64,000 nucleotides of DNA from the human T2T-CHM13v2.0 reference genome, Homo sapiens. How positions within the stretch are numbered: the first letter of the stretch is position 1; every line of letters begins with the position of its first letter. Positions 56,881 to 64,000 of the stretch are shown one piece after another. The notes beneath the pieces were generated by a model. It saw nothing but the letters and a program-made list of their open reading frames with translations, was not told the DNA's origin and made no database searches. The stretch lies in the NCBI RefSeq assembly GCF_009914755.1, contig NC_060925.1, one strand, 5' to 3'. The position numbers and the translations under genes are program-made.

Positions 56881-59095
56881 CTTCTTCTTGGGCTTTGCCA
56901 GCTGCTTGGGAACCCAAATTTTTTCTCTCCTTCTCATGTTTTGTTCTTCCTGAATTTCTTGCCCACTCATCTATGCCTACCTGGTCCTTAGCTTTTTATA
57001 GATATGGCCCACAACAGATTAGTTTCTCTTTAGAAAGACAGAATTTTCAATCCATTGGCTGTTGTATTTTAAGAAGTTTTAGAAATCATCTAACAGAACT
57101 AACTACCCTGCCTCAACCTTCTCCTCTCCATTTTACAGATGTGAAAATTGATATGCACAGAAAAAAAGTAATTCCTTGTGTTTATTCAGTTCACAATCAA
57201 ACATTAGTGTATCCCTCATCCTCAATGTCAGTTAAACCCAAGGCAAAAATGTGTAAGATAATGTAGGAGATGCAATTAACGGGCAAACATTTGAAGAGAA
57301 GGAGGCCTCAGAAATCTGCAGATAAATTATCCGCGCATCTCTAAGAGTGACTTGGTTGTCGTTAGTCTCCTGTTTCTAAAAAGCACAAAATATCTTTCTT
57401 TTCACATGATCTCATTTATTTCCAGAGTAGTCTTGGAATTCTAGAGGGTGAAAGATAATTCTTCCCTTCTGCATGCATGAGAAATCAGCTGAGCCCCAGA
57501 AAATTCATTTGATCTGCCCATGGTTGTATTGCCAGGACTTTGAACCCAGGTCTCTGACTACCAGGTCCTTGTCCTTTGCATCCCTGGCTATTCCACTGTG
57601 AAGAGCCACTTTGACAGCCCAGAAAGACAGTTTCCTTCCCTTTGGGGAAGAAGCAGGCTGCAAAAAACACATCCCATTGGCCAGTGTCCTTCTCCCAAGG
57701 TGGAGGTATCTCTGACTTTGTTCTCATGGCTGACTTTGTCTCCTGATTTTGTTCCTTTGATCAGTGACCTGGCCAAGAATGTCAGGGTAATGGCAGGAGA
57801 TTGCCACTGTAAGAGGAGAATGTTACTTGCACCATGTAGCCCGGGGCTCTGGACCATGGGGCAGGGACATGTCACTTCTAATTCTACACACAGGAGTCTG
57901 GGGGAAATCCCTTGGCTTCTGTCCACTCTTTCTGCAGCCCAGCTTTCCCCTTACAATGTGACCACTTACTGAGTTTTTTCTTGCTCTATTTTTTTCTTTC
58001 TCAAGATCCATGAAAACAGTCTGTCTTCTTCCCATTTTCTAGACCTAAGAAAATACCCCAGAACAGAAACCAAATAAATGGAGAGCAGCAATTCAAGGGG
58101 TTTGTGTTCTAGTCAGCTGCCACCCAGACATGGGGAAAGTCACTTAGACCCTGTGCGCCTTTGTTGTTCTGAATGTTCGGGGGAAAAGCAAAATATGCCT
58201 TTGCCATTTCAAAGGCTGATGTGAGACTGAAATGCGAGCATAAGTAGGAAAAAGGCGTGAAAATATGAGCACCATATAAACACAAGCATCAGTGGTTCAC
58301 AGCCATTGTCATGACAACAATCAATCCTCAGCTCCTAGAAAATTTCTGCTAACCAGAACTCCTTCAGGGCTCCTCTTTCAGCAGGAAAATGATTTTGAAT
58401 CAAGCTGATATTGGGAATTTATCTTTTGATAAAGTAACTTCTGTCCTGTGCAGTTCCTTCAGCCCCATCACCTTCCCTGTCTTTATCTACATTATCACCT
58501 TGAGACTTGGTCTTCTGGAAATAATCACCTTGAGGGCTTTTAAGATCCCCGCTCATCAAAGAAAGCATCAACCATGCTCACTAGGCTGTGCTTATGGTGG
58601 GAAGAAAGCAGAGTCAGACGTTTCAGAGAGATATGTAACGAGAGTTTGCAGAATAAAACTTAGTTACTTAGAAAGCTCAATTTACCAGAACAATTCATTT
58701 CATGAACATTCCAGTTAGTTGTGCTGCATTGTTACCTCCAAAGGTTTTCCAATAAATGTTTGTTGAATTGAAAGGAACTCCACAAACCTTCTCTTCTCAC
58801 TCACTGGGGCTGGAGAAGAATGAAGAATGGAGCCCTGCCAGGGCCCTCCAGCCTGTGCTTCTCCCATTGGCAAGGTCTCAGTAGACAGTACTCTAGAGCC
58901 ACCTCCCATGAGGCCCTGAAAGAGCCAGTAATCCCAAGGCATAACAGCATCCCAGTGTCCTATTGGCAACTAGAACCAGTCACCTAGCCAGATATGGGAG
59001 GCCCTTATTGGACCCTATTGGTTCAGTGACAAGAGGAGCCCAAATGGCCGGGAGGAATGTCAACTTCCAATTTAATGAAAACATGGCTGTGTATA

Positions 59096-59493
59096 TGAAA
59101 TGGTTTGGATTTGTGTCCCTGCTCAAATCTCATGTCGAGCTATAATCCCCAATGTTGGAGGTGGAGCCTGGTGGGAGGTGATTGAATCATGAGGGTGGAT
59201 TTCACCCTTTGATGCTGTTCTCCTGATAGAGTTATCAGGAGATCTGATTGTTTTAAAAGTGTGTGTCATTTCCCCCCTGCCGCCCCATTCTCTCATTCTC
59301 CTGCTCCGGCCATGTAAGATGTGCCTGCTTCCCCTTCCCCTTCCGCCATGATTGTAAGTTTCCTGAGGCCTCCCTAGAAGCTGTTATTCTTCCTATAAAG
59401 CCTGCAGAACCGTGAGCCAATTAAACTTCTTTTCTTTATAAATTACCCAGTCCCATTTATGTCTTTATAGCAGTGCGACAAAGGATTAATACA
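59096..59493 (+). mobile_element. MSTA-type MaLR solo LTR inserted in the ERV-L dUTPase region
   Basis: 'TGGTTTGGATTTGTGTCCCTGCTCAAATCTCATGTCGA...CCATGATTGTAAGTTTCCTGAGGCCTCCC...TAATACA'. Confidence 0.9.
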
Positions 59494-61754
59494 GTGTGTA
59501 TCCTTGGGGAAGCATTCCTCCCTTAGGAACTAGGACCTCCAAACCTGCCAAGAGCAGGAGAATGTGCCCATCAAGGAAAAATGCAGTAAGTGTATGATTA
59601 GGTGTCATTGTGAGAGGCGTCACTCCCACCTCTTCCTCTTGGGTTTCAGACCCTTATATTTTGGCTTTGAGGAAAATGGCACTATCTTTTGGTCACAGGT
59701 TTAAAGCATATGTGGTATCCTATAGGATGACAGCCCAATCTCTCAGAGTATTGTCACCCAACTCAGGTCATAAGTGAGCCTCTACTGACCATTTTCCTTG
59801 TCTATCAGATCAGCTGCCTCCAGGTGATGGGTACGTGGCAAAATCTGAATTCTATGGGCATGAACCTATTACTGTTCTATTTTTGTATTAAAATGAGTCC
59901 CTTTGTCAGAGGCAATGTTGCATAAGATACCATAATGATGAGATTCTGTAGGTCCCCTGATGATAGTGTTGGCAGAAGAGTTTTGAACAAAGAAGGTAAA
60001 TCTACATACAGAATGTGTATCTATTCCCGTGAAGACAAAGCCCTGCCCCTCCAAGGTGGAAGGAATTCGTAAAGTGAGGTGATAGGCTGGTTCCCACAGG
60101 GATTCTGTGTGAGCAGAGCTCAGTGTTTTGCTCTGCTACTGGCAAGCTGGGGACTCAACAGTGGTGATTGACAGGGAAGCCCTGTGAAGGGAAGTGAGTG
60201 ACCATTTCTGCACAATGGCCACTATACACATGGGCTGTGGAGCAAGCAGCAAAGTGGCTGGGGAAAGAAGTCGACCACAGCTACAAGGGCTGTCATCTGA
60301 TCTAACTTGTTTTTGGAAGCTTCCTCTGCAGTGAGTGCTCTCGGCTTAACGTTTCCCAGGGTCATAAATGTCTTCACCACCTTCACCTACTCCAAGAGTT
60401 TTATCCACATACTTTTTCCCAGATCTCTTTGTCATAGCAATCTCCAACTCCTAGTCTTTCCAAGCCCCTGACCAGTCAAGCTAACCTGTTAGCCACTGCC
60501 CATGAGACTAGATAGATTCCTACTTCAATCCACCTTTCCTTCCAAGCAAATCAGATATTTTGCCCAAATTTCTGCCCACCGGGAAAGTTTTCTTTATCAC
60601 TGCCTTTCAGGGCCATCCCTGAGTAAGGTTATAGAGCATCAGCCATTCACTTCTGGCTGGTGCCAGGATACAAATAGACTTATCTATGAAGCAGGCCTAC
60701 AATTTTTCCTTCTTCTGTTAACTGGTCAGAGAGAATTTCCCATGTGACCATTTACGTGGGTTGAGGAAGAGATGGTGAAATAGTGGATGTGGATGCAATG
60801 GGAGTCTCAGTCAATGTATCCTGTGCATCCCAGACCTACTAAGGCCTGGTTTCACATAGACAAACTCTACCTAACAATGGAATGCTGCTGCACACAGCTA
60901 ATTTTATGATTTAGAGAATGAGACAACACTGAATTCATAATGAACAGCTCAGGTCACATAATCACTCGGTATCATTCAGTCAAATGTGCAGGATCACTTG
61001 GTATTCTTTAGTCAAAGTATCTGAATACTTTAGGTACCATTGGATCTGCTGGGTCATACGACCTAAGTGGTACAGCAACTTGTACATCGTCCTCTATTGC
61101 TCTGGGACCAGCCCTAAAATGGCAACCTCATGGTTACTGAGTAAATGGGCCAGAGTAGAAGACCCACATGTTTCTTTGAAAATTCAGAGAGATCCACCAA
61201 GTACTGGGCCTTTTTCTTTGTGATGCACAGTACAAAATGGAGAATTTAACTTTAACTTTGGAAGGGCTACCCCAAGGCCATCTAGACTGCTGAATCCCCA
61301 GGAATTTCATTCATGTGTCAGCATCAGGCTCCTACATGTTGTGGGGTTTCTCTTCCTCCCTCTGTCATGCCTATATCTCACAAAGCCTTCAAAGGTTCTT
61401 GGGGCATCCTGGCTCACCCATTGCAACTGACATAATGCCATCAATATATTGGAACAGCATGAAGTACTGTGAAGTATAAAGGCTACTCTGGATTATATTA
61501 AGATAGAAAGCAACAAAGTTGCATAACCGTGAAGATCATGAGTATATACTGCATAGACTGCTTCTGATTGTTTTTGCTAATTAAGATGGAGGGAAAAAAT
61601 CATTTTCCAAGTCAATAGCTATATACCAGGTGGCATTGCTCTAGTAAAGATACAACCAGAGCAGGAGCTGTAGTCAGCAACAGTGACCTAATTGAGCTCA
61701 GACAATCCATAGTAATTATCCACAACCCATATGATGCTTCCCCTAACCAAGTAG

Positions 61755-62243
<489 letters not shown>

Positions 62244-62784
62244 TAATAGTTTTCATTCCATGGCACAGGGAACCAGTGTGGGATTCTCCCAGTTGCCATT
62301 TATGTCTATTCCAGTTACACCTTCAGGTACTGGAGAAATAACCACGGACTCAGTCTCCGGGCTTGCTAGAGTCATTGTAAGACAGCTCAAGACAAGATTT
62401 CATTTATCACCAGATCCTTGTAAGTCCCCACTCTGGCTGATGGACCATGGTGATTTTTAGGATCTCCAGAGATTAGCATCCCTTCAGAGTTAGTATCCAA
62501 TAACCTCAGCAAGGTCTGCACATTTCCCTTGTCTTGTGCCCAGTCACCCTAGCAAATCGCCTGTCAGGTATCTCTGGGGAAGGCGTGGAGGAAATTTACA
62601 GAGTCCCCTGTGGTCATATTTCAGGGCTCTTTCTTAAAGAGACCTGACCTCTCTCTAAGTCAAAGGATTCTAAGCTTGTGAACCGCCTTATCTTTGTGAA
62701 CTAGGCGAAAAGTTTTTGGCTTTATGTCTGCCTGAGTCAGGTTTCTGTCCACCATAACTATGATTTTCCCAATTATATGGATCT

Positions 62785-63717
<933 letters not shown>

Positions 63718-64000
63718 ATAAAGATCAGTTTGCTACTACCTATGATCAATGTGCTGCAACCATAAATCCATGTGGGACAAACAGTCTGATTACTGTTCTA
63801 TCTTTCTGTCTTATTGGAGTAACTGGGCCCACCTTGTCTCTGATAGTCAATCACTGTTTCTGATTGTCACTGTGAGTTCCTATTACTACAGTTAGTATTA
63901 CAGACTGTAATGTAATGGCAACATCTCATCTCACTGTCATCCCTAGTCTTTAGAAGCTACCACAGAACTTTTCAAAGATGCTGGTGTTCTTACTGATGAA

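Noticed and set aside
59869-60054. Integrase-like ORF as a domesticated gene
   Set aside because: Only 61 aa, surrounded by frameshifts and stops in a decayed ERV-L; the RT catalytic motif is also mutated.

Overview
Primate (very probably human) genomic DNA with no supportable protein-coding gene. It is a repeat-dense intergenic or deep-intronic region. It holds about 20 Alu copies (J, S and Y types, including trimeric and nested composites), several old L1 fragments, L2, L3/CR1 and MIR relics, many solo LTRs (MLT1, MLT2, MST, MER21, MER31/67, MER39, MER52, LTR16) and DNA transposons (MER82, MER58, MER30, MER33, MER63, MADE2, Tigger-like). Two heavily decayed ERV-L proviruses face each other (+ strand ~35.2-41.3 kb; - strand ~58.9 kb to window end), with gag, protease, RT, RNase H, integrase and dUTPase motifs still readable. 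The ORF-track entries I could assign are Alu-derived, low-complexity, LTR-derived or dead retroviral fragments; the rest show no recognisable protein. The best unexplained signal is a 118-bp non-repeat insert at 12388-12505, bounded by a perfect 19-bp target-site duplication inside a MER58B. It folds as hairpin / H-box / hairpin, suggesting a retroposed copy of an H/ACA-type small RNA that I cannot name. Secondary leads are two well-formed + strand candidate non-coding exons, a CTCF/ETS GC-rich element at ~48.4 kb, an NF-E2/MARE site, recent tandem duplications, and a tandem repeat at the breakpoint of an RT deletion in the ERV-L. I see no convincing evidence of a new multi-gene system. Repeat subfamily names come from recalled consensus similarity, not a database search, and boundaries are approximate unless a TSD is cited.
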